This document shows positions 1-7,158 of a DNA stretch of 27,249 nucleotides, one piece after another; the stretch's first letter is position 1, and each line of letters opens with the position of its first letter. A program made the translations under genes and the position numbers. Origin of the DNA: a virus (lineage: Duplodnaviria > Caudoviricetes); the IMG/VR virus record IMGVR_UViG_3300007550_000014, positions 1 through 27,249 of that record. One strand, 5' to 3'. The notes below the pieces were generated by a model that saw only the letters and a list, made by a program, of their open reading frames with translations, had not been told where the DNA came from and made no database searches.

Positions 1-545
1 CAATACTCGCAAGGCGTCGGCTTCGCATCCGCGCTTGTTGCGCGGTCGATTGTGCGCTGCGTGCCTTGCTTGGCTTCCTCGTAGGTAAACTCATAACTAC
101 GAATCATAGCCTGATCGACGTAGATAACATGAGCCGTCCAAGACGTTTCAAAGTTATCCTCCATGCACGCCAGACTGTAGGCCATCAACTGATTCCTATA
201 ATCCCGCACCTGTCCCGTTTTTATGTCGGCGACCCATTTCTGCTCTTTGCAGACGGCATCCGCGGTGCCGAGTTTCGATAGCCCAGGAACTGCCATCGCC
301 AAGTACTCTTCGCGGGTTTCCACGAACGAACCTTTTGCTAGGCGCGTTAGTTCCTCTACGCCGTAGGCTATCGCTCCGGCGTCTTCGCCAACTATTGCAA
401 CGTCATTTTCTGCCGAGATAAGGTTGCGGATCGCAATGTCTACCGCCGTGCCGCGCTCCGCTGCCGCGCTCGTTCCGCTTGCTCCTTCAAATAAAGCACA
501 TTCGGCGAGTTTGGGAAGCGTGCTAGGTGATATTTCTTTACTCAT
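1..545 (-). CDS. Cas4-like PD-(D/E)XK exonuclease (3' partial; not in the ORF track)
   Basis: Hand translation from ATG 545: MSKEISPSTLPKLAECALF...AERGTAVD...GTADAV...VADIKTG...QLMAY...PTPCEY(C/W). Shows PD-(D/E)XK and QxxxY motifs and a split Cys cluster. Frame is open to the window edge. Confidence 0.8.
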   Translation of the reverse strand, partial: MSKEISPSTLPKLAECALFEGASGTSAAAERGTAVDIAIRNLISAENDVAIVGEDAGAIAYGVEELTRLAKGSFVETREEYLAMAVPGLSKLGTADAVCKEQKWVADIKTGQVRDYRNQLMAYSLACMEDNFETSWTAHVIYVDQAMIRSYEFTYEEAKQGTQRTIDRATSADAKPTPCEY

Positions 546-599
546 TTTATTTTAAATATTTAAGGTATAAGTGCCGTTACAAATATTATGCAGTATTTG

Positions 600-1529
600 T
601 CACGAGTTCGCCTTCCTCCATTCGACCGCTGTGTTAACGAATTGATCGACCCGAAGCGCAACGCGGTGCAGGTATTCCGGTGCGCAGTCGCGCCAAGTCT
701 GTTCTGATGTAAGCACTCCGCGAGCGATCAAAAACTGATTTACCGCGCCTTCATGTTCTGCGAGTCGGGCCTGCCAGCCGACCATTTCGTTGGCGTCAAC
801 AAAATGATCTGGCTGTTTAGTTGCAACAGCTTCGAACAAGTGCGCGACCGATGCCCATTCGAGCGGCAACTCTTCCGCAAGGCCGCTGCGGGTCTTCGCG
901 TCGTAGGCTGCCGAGTGAGTGGTTAGGATTATGCGCTCCTTGCCGCCGATTCCTTTACCTTTGCCGGAGTCGGTCGTGCTTACCTTGGTTTTGAAACGCA
1001 AGAACCAAAGCTCGTCAGCAAACTCTTTAAGCAACGGCGCTGATTGTTTGCTCAGTTTCAGCTCGTAGCGGTCGTAGGCCGCGAGAGCGTCAGGCGCTTC
1101 AAAGCGGACGATCTTGCTGTGAGCGATCATTACCACGTTCTTGCCGGCGTCAATGAGTTGATCAACGGATGACAAGAACCGGCTCATTCTTTCCGCTACC
1201 ATCACCCAGCCCTTACCGAAGCCAAAGTCTTCGACGCTAGTCTTTTTGGTGCTGGCGAGCAGGTCTTCAACGCATAGGCGTTCCGCCCAGTCTGCCGAGT
1301 CGATGACGATAGTTTTGTATTCGGTCGCCTTGGCTTCTGTTAACGCATCCGTTAACTGCTTCCACGTCCCGATCTCGCAGCGATCCACATCCAGGTGCGA
1401 TGTTCCGCCCTCGATGTCCAAGAACAGCGGCCTTGGGAACTTGGCCGCGAATGTGCTTTTGCCTACGGATTCAACTCCGTAGATGACGACGCGCTGCGCG
1501 CGTTGTTGTTTTCCTTTTGTTATTTTCAT
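600..1529 (-). CDS. Phage AAA ATPase (AAA_24 / Sak4-like single-strand annealing protein)
   Basis: Walker A GVESVGKS, LFLDIEGG, Walker B TIVIDS, C-terminal AYDAKTR. Sits next to a Cas4-like nuclease, as is typical for Sak4-type modules. Confidence 0.8.
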   Translation of the reverse strand: MKITKGKQQRAQRVVIYGVESVGKSTFAAKFPRPLFLDIEGGTSHLDVDRCEIGTWKQLTDALTEAKATEYKTIVIDSADWAERLCVEDLLASTKKTSVEDFGFGKGWVMVAERMSRFLSSVDQLIDAGKNVVMIAHSKIVRFEAPDALAAYDRYELKLSKQSAPLLKEFADELWFLRFKTKVSTTDSGKGKGIGGKERIILTTHSAAYDAKTRSGLAEELPLEWASVAHLFEAVATKQPDHFVDANEMVGWQARLAEHEGAVNQFLIARGVLTSEQTWRDCAPEYLHRVALRVDQFVNTAVEWRKANS

Positions 1530-1535
1530 TTTTTA

Positions 1536-1898
1536 TTAATTTTTGTTTTTGTTTTTTCTGAATATATACAATTTTGTTCCTGCATTCCAAGGAGATGAAT
1601 CTTGGATTTCTAGCCCCATGTAATGCTCATCTGCAAATTTTTGCATTGATTCATCATGGTTTCCGTATGGCATTGAATAAACAGCGCGATGCAATTCACC
1701 ATCTATTTTGATGCTTCCAGTATGATCCCATCCTGATCCCCATCCATAGATATTTAGTTCTTCGAATGGCTTATATGTGCCACCTTTAAGTTGATTTAAT
1801 AATCTTACTTTCTCCTTAAACCAAGCGGGGCGATGATTTCCTTTATAAGTTGGATTCCATTCTCTAATTCCCGCCCATCCACCTTCTGTTGTTTTCAT
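1536..1898 (-). CDS. Hypothetical protein (AT-rich accessory cassette)
   Basis: 120-aa ORF tightly packed with its neighbours (4-nt overlap with 1895..2227). Confidence 0.6.
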   Translation of the reverse strand: MKTTEGGWAGIREWNPTYKGNHRPAWFKEKVRLLNQLKGGTYKPFEELNIYGWGSGWDHTGSIKIDGELHRAVYSMPYGNHDESMQKFADEHYMGLEIQDSSPWNAGTKLYIFRKNKNKN

Positions 1899-2227
1899 TT
1901 GTTTTGAATATCTTTGTTTTGCTCCATTTCATTTAAAATCAGTCTCACAGTTCCTTTAGTGTAAGAATATTCCATTTGATCTTTATCATCAAAAAACAAC
2001 CATTCACTCATGGACTCAATTCTAACCAACCTTTGATTTGTAGGATTCCCTGTTAAGTGTGAATATAGCTGAATGAAATACCATCCTGGCTCTGGGTTTC
2101 CTATAACAACTCCTCGCCATGTAAGCCTACCTTTTTCAACAGCGTAGAACATTTGATTGACTAGATCGGTTCTTTGATCAGGTAATTTTGACGGGTTTTT
2201 ACTGCTTTGTTCTTTTGTTATTTTCAT
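1895..2227 (-). CDS. Hypothetical protein (AT-rich accessory cassette)
   Basis: 110-aa ORF whose first 16 nt are identical to the start of the AAA ATPase gene. Confidence 0.6.
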   Translation of the reverse strand: MKITKEQSSKNPSKLPDQRTDLVNQMFYAVEKGRLTWRGVVIGNPEPGWYFIQLYSHLTGNPTNQRLVRIESMSEWLFFDDKDQMEYSYTKGTVRLILNEMEQNKDIQNK

Positions 2228-2246
2228 ATGTTATTGGCTCTTAAAA

Positions 2247-2468
2247 TTAAACGCCCTTGTTTATTCTCCAAACTCGATATCCTTTTAAAACGTCTTCATT
2301 TGTACTTCTAATTGTTACGGTGTATCCATACTTTTTTGCTGCTGATCGCGCTTTTTCGGAATTGCTGCACAAAAAACTGTCACCTATATTCATTTCGCTA
2401 AATGGATATTCGCATTGATTTGTTGGTTTCTGAGGTATTGGTATGTTTTTTTGTATTTTGTATTTCAT
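2247..2468 (-). CDS. Small basic protein, possibly DNA-binding
   Basis: 73 aa with IQKNIPIP...YPFSEMNIGDSF...GYRVWRI, a pattern common in small phage proteins. Confidence 0.6.
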   Translation of the reverse strand: MKYKIQKNIPIPQKPTNQCEYPFSEMNIGDSFLCSNSEKARSAAKKYGYTVTIRSTNEDVLKGYRVWRINKGV

Positions 2469-2471
2469 TTT

Positions 2472-2909
2472 CTATTTTCCTTTTTGTTGTGCTGCGAATA
2501 CGGCCACAGCGAGTGCCGCCCAAGAATGGGATTTGATGCCGTATGTTGGCCCCGGCTGGGCTTTTGTTCCCTGCGGCCCGATGAGATCGAGCAAGGCTTG
2601 ACGCACGTTGGCGTCTTTTGCCCGCATCGTGCCGCATAGGAAAAGTTTAATGTCCTTCCGAAAGATCAACTCTACGTCCACCCGTGCAACCTCGATAAAC
2701 CTCCCGATCCACATACAGGTTTCAAATGTGCTTGCGCCTACCGCCATACCGTAGCTGGCGATCATCTCGCAAGCAACTCGGTCGTATTCGCGACCGATAA
2801 GAACCTGTCGGATCTCGGCATTTGGAAGGTGACCGTGATCATGTATCCCGCGTTGGTCGTATTGTACGAACGCGCTGTGAGTCGTTCCTGGATCGAGTGC
2901 TAGTATCAT
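2472..2909 (-). CDS. RuvC-like Holliday junction resolvase
   Basis: N-terminal ILALDPG (catalytic Asp), VACE (catalytic Glu), KDANV, C-terminal WAALAVA. Confidence 0.75.
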   Translation of the reverse strand: MILALDPGTTHSAFVQYDQRGIHDHGHLPNAEIRQVLIGREYDRVACEMIASYGMAVGASTFETCMWIGRFIEVARVDVELIFRKDIKLFLCGTMRAKDANVRQALLDLIGPQGTKAQPGPTYGIKSHSWAALAVAVFAAQQKGK

Positions 2910-3150
2910 GTTTTAGTGCCCTTGTTTTTATTTTGTCGGCTGGCAGCGCGAGAACGTCGCAAATTCCTTGGAATGCTTTGCTTTTGATGAAGTGAATTGC
3001 CGAGTTCCTATCGAGTTCCTGTTCTTCGTTTAGCTGTTTGCTCAGGAAGACCTTCTCGCTTTGTAGATCGGCAACGGTCTGCTGTATCATCCCGCACAGA
3101 AGGTTTCGGGTGAATTGGCATTCCGCGTCATGTAACTCCTCAGGAGTCAT
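2839..3150 (-). CDS. Hypothetical protein (103 aa; start revised to ATG 3150)
   Basis: MTPEELHDAECQ... Start overlaps the upstream stop as TAATG. Confidence 0.6.
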   Translation of the reverse strand: MTPEELHDAECQFTRNLLCGMIQQTVADLQSEKVFLSKQLNEEQELDRNSAIHFIKSKAFQGICDVLALPADKIKTRALKHDTSTRSRNDSQRVRTIRPTRDT

Positions 3151-3302
3151 TACCGGCGCTCCCGTTTGATCTGGCGGTTCATCCACCAGCGGCGTGTCTG
3201 TTCCAGATCGCAGGTGGCTTTGATGTTTCCGATCAAGTATCCGGCAATGAATGCACAGCAAGTGCAGATTCCGAATAGGGCTAAGAAAGTTAGTGGTTCC
3301 AT
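3150..3302 (-). CDS. Small membrane protein (50 aa; not in the ORF track)
   Basis: MEPLTFLALFGICTCCAFIAGYLIGNIKATCDLEQTRRWWMNRQIKRERR: hydrophobic N-terminus and basic tail. First gene after the 3303-3470 intergenic region. Confidence 0.6.
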   Translation of the reverse strand: MEPLTFLALFGICTCCAFIAGYLIGNIKATCDLEQTRRWWMNRQIKRERR

Positions 3303-3381
3303 ATATTTAGTTTTTGTTTCTGTCGTTCGGGTTCGTCCCGTTCGATGTGCAAACCCTCCTTCATTCCCGCAAAGATGAAAA

Positions 3382-3431
3382 GAAAATAATTCGCGAAGTG
3401 CGAAAATAATTCTTTAGAAAAGTCTTTACAA
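3382..3431 (-). promoter_or_regulatory. Putative promoter/operator region for the recombination operon
   Basis: Largest intergenic gap in the window. Contains the 11-bp direct repeat gaaaataattc (3382-3392, 3402-3412) and a weak -35-like TTGTAA (3426-3431, minus strand). Confidence 0.35.
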
Positions 3432-3446
3432 ATGAGCGCAACCAAT

Positions 3447-3472
3447 GCCCATGCGCCTCTGTGGGCTTTTTT
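3447..3472. terminator. Short hairpin downstream of the HTH gene, possible terminator
   Basis: GCCCA-N10-TGGGC followed by T6 on the + strand. Only a 5-bp stem, and the T tract is on the strand opposite the genes. Confidence 0.25.
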
Positions 3473-3749
3473 ATTTTGAGATCGGGCGGTATAAATTTAC
3501 CTCGCGAGCGCCTTGGTTAGTCTGTATAGTTGCCTTTTTTGATTCGAGAATCCCTTTTCCAATGGCAGTTTCAACTCGGCAAGAAATTGATGCGATGGTC
3601 AACTTTGACTCGTTCGCAATAGTGCGGATCGTCTTCCAGCCTTGTTTGGCGAGTTCCTTCTCGTTCTCAGCTTTTGTCGTTGAGTAGAAAGCGTCCCAGG
3701 CTTTGTTTACAGCGGCAAGAGCCAAGGGTTGTTTTGTCGTCTTTCGCAT
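3471..3749 (-). CDS. Winged helix-turn-helix DNA-binding protein (92 aa; start revised to ATG 3749)
   Basis: WKTIRTIANESKLTIASISCRVETAIGKGILE followed by a beta-wing ending in NLYRP. Confidence 0.6.
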   Translation of the reverse strand: MRKTTKQPLALAAVNKAWDAFYSTTKAENEKELAKQGWKTIRTIANESKLTIASISCRVETAIGKGILESKKATIQTNQGAREVNLYRPISK

Positions 3750-4429
3750 AGGTTGATGTTTATTGAGTTGTCTTTGTAATAGCCGTAAGCGAAGCCCTGC
3801 GACCAAGCGAAGGTGGCGCGGCGGGTCGAAGCATATTCCATATCAAAACGCGCCAGCATTCCGGTGCAATATCCGCTTGGCCCGTCGAGTGTGCGTGCGC
3901 GTTCCCATCCGACTCGGTGCAGGTGCGCCATCACGCATTGTCCGTATGTCTCTGCGTGGTCGCGGATGGCTTGTACATTGTACATATAGCCGTGGATAAA
4001 TTTGCATCCGCCTAGCTCGTAAAAGCTCCGAATGTGGTACGGATACAATTTTGCTTTTAGTTCCTTTGCCGTCTTCTCAATGGCTTGGATCGTGAGCGTA
4101 GCGGCGTGCGCCGCAAGCGCGTTGGGCGATGATGCTAGCTTGTAAAGCCTCGCTTCATGGTTACCGTAGAGAATATGCTGAGGACGCAGTTCGTGCAGGA
4201 AGTCAATGCCGGCAGAAAGGTCGTCCGAGATGCTCGCGGCGCGGTCGCTTGAGTTCGGGTCTGAGATAGCTCCAGAGCGGAAGGCCGCCAAGTCCAAGAA
4301 GTCCCCAAGATGAATAGTCGTGTCGGGCTTCCATCGGTCTTTGAACGTCAGCACGGCCTTGCGTGCCTCTGGATCGATCTGGTCGCCATGAGAACACCCG
4401 ACTGCCATCCATTTTTTCCAGCCCTTCAT
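3707..4429 (-). CDS. Calcineurin-like metallophosphoesterase
   Basis: Motifs GCSHG (DxH variant), HLGDFLD, GNHE, IHG and AHLH in canonical order. Confidence 0.85.
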   Translation of the reverse strand: MKGWKKWMAVGCSHGDQIDPEARKAVLTFKDRWKPDTTIHLGDFLDLAAFRSGAISDPNSSDRAASISDDLSAGIDFLHELRPQHILYGNHEARLYKLASSPNALAAHAATLTIQAIEKTAKELKAKLYPYHIRSFYELGGCKFIHGYMYNVQAIRDHAETYGQCVMAHLHRVGWERARTLDGPSGYCTGMLARFDMEYASTRRATFAWSQGFAYGYYKDNSININLCERRQNNPWLLPL

Positions 4430-4650
4430 CTTAGTTCTGGAATGTTCCGGTCGCTACGTTGTTCCCAAATCCACGCGCGAACGGCCTCCATCGTATCCTC
4501 ATCAAGTTTTGCGAATGCTCCGCTCTCGTGCTTTAAGGCGCTCCGTAGCTCCTGATCTATGTCATCCACCAAGATCAAAATATCAAGGGCTTTGCAGGCC
4601 ACCTCGTGCTCGTATCGCTCGGTCTCGTCAAATTCCAATGTCATTTTCAT
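4426..4650 (-). CDS. Hypothetical protein (74 aa; start revised to ATG 4650)
   Basis: MKMTLEFDETERYEHEVACKALD... with ATGA overlaps on both sides. Confidence 0.6.
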   Translation of the reverse strand: MKMTLEFDETERYEHEVACKALDILILVDDIDQELRSALKHESGAFAKLDEDTMEAVRAWIWEQRSDRNIPELR

Positions 4651-4889
4651 GCTTCTTCGTCCTCCTCTTCTTCTTCGGTGTCTGGAAATAAAATGCTGAA
4701 TGAGTCGCCTGCGAGTCCTTCGACAGCGTATTTGTTGCCGAAGACAAATTCCCCGTGCATCGTCTCGCCTGCTTGCTCCCAACTGACGATGGCGAGACCG
4801 CAGTCATAATGCTCAGACAAAAGCCGCTTCGCTTCTGCGAGTGCTTCCGTGCGTTCCGATTCGACCGTCGGTTGTCTCTTTTTTTTCAA
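4647..4889 (-). CDS. Hypothetical protein with acidic C-terminus
   Basis: 80 aa ending DTEEEEEDEEA; 4-nt overlaps with both neighbours. Confidence 0.6.
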   Translation of the reverse strand: MKKKRQPTVESERTEALAEAKRLLSEHYDCGLAIVSWEQAGETMHGEFVFGNKYAVEGLAGDSFSILFPDTEEEEEDEEA

Positions 4890-5365
4890 GCGAGGACGTC
4901 TATTTTTTTCGATACTCTATTGCGTAAATTGGCGAGCATATCGCGCTCGGTCATGCCGGTTGCCCATTTTGGTCGGAATTGGTAGTGGGGTTCGTCGTTG
5001 AATTTCCAACGGCCTCCCCACTCGAAGCCGAGCGATTCGCCCAGGGGTCCGAGCTCGCGGTAGAATGCGTGGTCGCCGTGGTAGGTCTTGCCGTCTTTGG
5101 AAAATACGGCGATATCGAGGGCCAGCGAGTAGTTATGCATGGAGGCGCCACCGGCGGCGTTACTGACCCTAGGGCCGGGCGTGGTGCGGCCTTTGGCGTA
5201 GAGGGCGTCCTGCTCGGCCCATGTGCGGAGGCCGCAAATGCATTTGACGTCGAGGTTGAGCGGGGCGGCGAGCTTTTTGGCCGCGAGGATAAAGGAGGCG
5301 GCGCGGGCGTAGAGATCCGGGTGGAGGGTCGAGAGGTTGCGCTCGCTGCGTTCGTCGAGGTTCAT
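4886..5365 (-). CDS. Endolysin, M15 family L-Ala-D-Glu peptidase (159 aa; start ATG 5365)
   Basis: GLRTWAEQDALYAKGRT, SMHNYSLALDI (SxHxxxxAxD), WGGRW, DEPHYQ. Lies next to holin-like genes. Confidence 0.9.
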   Translation of the reverse strand: MNLDERSERNLSTLHPDLYARAASFILAAKKLAAPLNLDVKCICGLRTWAEQDALYAKGRTTPGPRVSNAAGGASMHNYSLALDIAVFSKDGKTYHGDHAFYRELGPLGESLGFEWGGRWKFNDEPHYQFRPKWATGMTERDMLANLRNRVSKKIDVLA

Positions 5366-5529
5366 TTTTTCAAGCCTTGGATGTCTGGGAGTTCGTAGCA
5401 GAATGTTCCGTAATCCGTTTTGACGCATACCGCCGGATTATTGAATCCAGCGCATGACGTGAGAAGCGCCATGCCCAAGAACGCGAAGCTGAGAACGATC
5501 ATCCACAGCGCGATGGTTCTTGCGCTCAT
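5362..5529 (-). CDS. Small lipoprotein, candidate spanin component (55 aa)
   Basis: MSARTIALWMIVLSFAFLGMALLTSC: signal peptide with an LTSC lipobox, inside the lysis cassette. Confidence 0.55.
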   Translation of the reverse strand: MSARTIALWMIVLSFAFLGMALLTSCAGFNNPAVCVKTDYGTFCYELPDIQGLKK

Positions 5530-5690
5530 TTTTCTTTGCGGAAGATTTCTATCAAGCCGATTATCGACGCAAGCGCCGCCCCTATCGCGTCCCATTTAGA
5601 CGGGTCTAGGCTTACGCCCACTAAGCTACCAATTATCGCGACCCCGCGAATAGTGGACGGTTCTTTCAATTTCGAGAATAGTATTTTCAT
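5526..5690 (-). CDS. Putative holin (54 aa; not in the ORF track)
   Basis: MKILFSKLKEPSTIRGVAIIGSLVGVSLDPSKWDAIGAALASIIGLIEIFRKEK: two hydrophobic segments, basic C-terminus, ATGA overlaps on both sides. Confidence 0.65.
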   Translation of the reverse strand: MKILFSKLKEPSTIRGVAIIGSLVGVSLDPSKWDAIGAALASIIGLIEIFRKEK

Positions 5691-5854
5691 GGTTTTTTTG
5701 ATTTCAGCATTTTATACAACGAGACCGCGCCGATGCAAATTCCAAGGATGAGAGAGAGAACGCGAAGCCATGCCTCGACTTCGGAGAACGAGATCAGAAC
5801 AGCCGCAGCGGGCGCGGACGTGCCGACGAGCGAATGGAAAGTGTGGCTCTCCAT
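5687..5854 (-). CDS. Small membrane protein, putative holin/antiholin (55 aa; start ATG 5854)
   Basis: MESHTFHSLVG...WLRVLSLILGICIGAVSLYKMLKSKKP: transmembrane helix plus basic tail; TAATG overlap with the upstream gene. Confidence 0.55.
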   Translation of the reverse strand: MESHTFHSLVGTSAPAAAVLISFSEVEAWLRVLSLILGICIGAVSLYKMLKSKKP

Positions 5855-7158
5855 TACGTCAAGCTGGCTTGGGTGATGAGTTCCTCGGTGAGCGTGCATG
5901 ACTGTAAAATGATCGTGTTGCGCTCGCCGCCTTCGGTTAGTTCGATCTCAAGGTCGGCGGTTGCGCTTGTCGCGTTGAGCAAATAGTCGCGCACTCCGAA
6001 CGTCGAGAAGTTGACCGATGCCGTCTTTCCTGGAGCTGCAATCAATCCGCTTTGCACTTGCATAAGTGGCAGATCAGATAAGCCCTTGTCGGCTGAGAAA
6101 TTCAGGTCATAATAAACGCCCTGAACTCCAGTAACAACTATGTTCCCACGACCGATAGAGTCAAGGTTTTGCATTGCCGTTTGAAGTTGAGCCGCCGTTG
6201 TGCTTGCGTCCAGCGGAGTAGTCTGGCGTAGGATCGTTGTCGCAACGCTGCCAGTTGTTACCGTTCCTGTGCCGGTTGTGATCGCGGCTGCTCCTGCGGT
6301 AATACCGAGCAAAAACTCGGTCGCCTGAGGAATTGAGCGAACGAAATACTGAGTTCCTGCGGTGTAGCCTGTGAGCGCCGTGAAGCCTGTCAATACAACA
6401 GGCTGAGAGAGTGAAAGACCATGGTTTGTTGCCGCAATAAATACGCCATCCGTTACGGTCGATACGATATCGACGTTGTAGGTTGGCACGGTCAAGCGGA
6501 AGCTGCCTAAGTAGGGATCTCGTGAAAATGAGATCCGTTGCACTTCGTTGTTAACTGTTGAACCGGTGATGGTCGTTGCAATGCTAACCGTAAGCGCCGT
6601 GCCTAGATCAGTCCATGTCGGCTGGTAAACTGCTGGAGCGAGCCGGAGCTGCAACTCTTGTATTTCTGCGGTCGTGGCGTCTCCTGCGAGTCGCTCATCA
6701 ACAAGTGCCGATGTGGTCGGAATCAGTCTTGCAAAATCGCCTGTGATCGCGGAGCGGGTGCCGGCTGAATTGAAGGAAATTACAAAGTTGGTTGCCATCG
6801 TTCCTTCTACGGATACCGAGCCTGCGCTCGTAATGGCTGAAAGCGAGTTGAGAGCGGACGAGATCGCTCCGGCCGTTGCGCTGAACCCTATTGCCCCGCT
6901 CGTTTCGCCCCCGAAGGAGAGCGTGAACGTTCCGCTTGCAGGAACGCCCGTCCTTGTTCCAACGCCGAATTTGACTGTTGTGCCAGTCATATCGACTACC
7001 GTAAATGGTATTTCAATATTCCCAGTTGCCTCCAAGAAATATAGATTTATTTCGCCGTTGTCGCCTTTTACGAAGCGAGGCGGAGCCGCTGGAGAAAAGT
7101 TCGTCAGGCTCGTAGCAAGCCTGCGGTTGGTCATGTCAATGTAAAGGTCGCGTGCCAT
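5854..7158 (-). CDS. Virion structural protein (tail-associated, Thr/Ser/Gly-rich, repeated domain)
   Basis: 434 aa, last gene of the tail module. Two copies of a G(T/S)FxL...A(T)AxxI/LxxAL/MxxLxxI domain. Confidence 0.65.
   Translation of the reverse strand: MARDLYIDMTNRRLATSLTNFSPAAPPRFVKGDNGEINLYFLEATGNIEIPFTVVDMTGTTVKFGVGTRTGVPASGTFTLSFGGETSGAIGFSATAGAISSALNSLSAITSAGSVSVEGTMATNFVISFNSAGTRSAITGDFARLIPTTSALVDERLAGDATTAEIQELQLRLAPAVYQPTWTDLGTALTVSIATTITGSTVNNEVQRISFSRDPYLGSFRLTVPTYNVDIVSTVTDGVFIAATNHGLSLSQPVVLTGFTALTGYTAGTQYFVRSIPQATEFLLGITAGAAAITTGTGTVTTGSVATTILRQTTPLDASTTAAQLQTAMQNLDSIGRGNIVVTGVQGVYYDLNFSADKGLSDLPLMQVQSGLIAAPGKTASVNFSTFGVRDYLLNATSATADLEIELTEGGERNTIILQSCTLTEELITQASLT

Noticed and set aside
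1-545. Cas4-like gene as evidence of a CRISPR-Cas system
   Set aside because: Stand-alone Cas4-like nucleases are common in phage recombination modules; no array or other cas genes are present.
546-599. AT-rich spacer with palindrome ttaaatatttaa (552-563)
   Set aside because: Single, low-complexity and expected by chance in AT-rich sequence.
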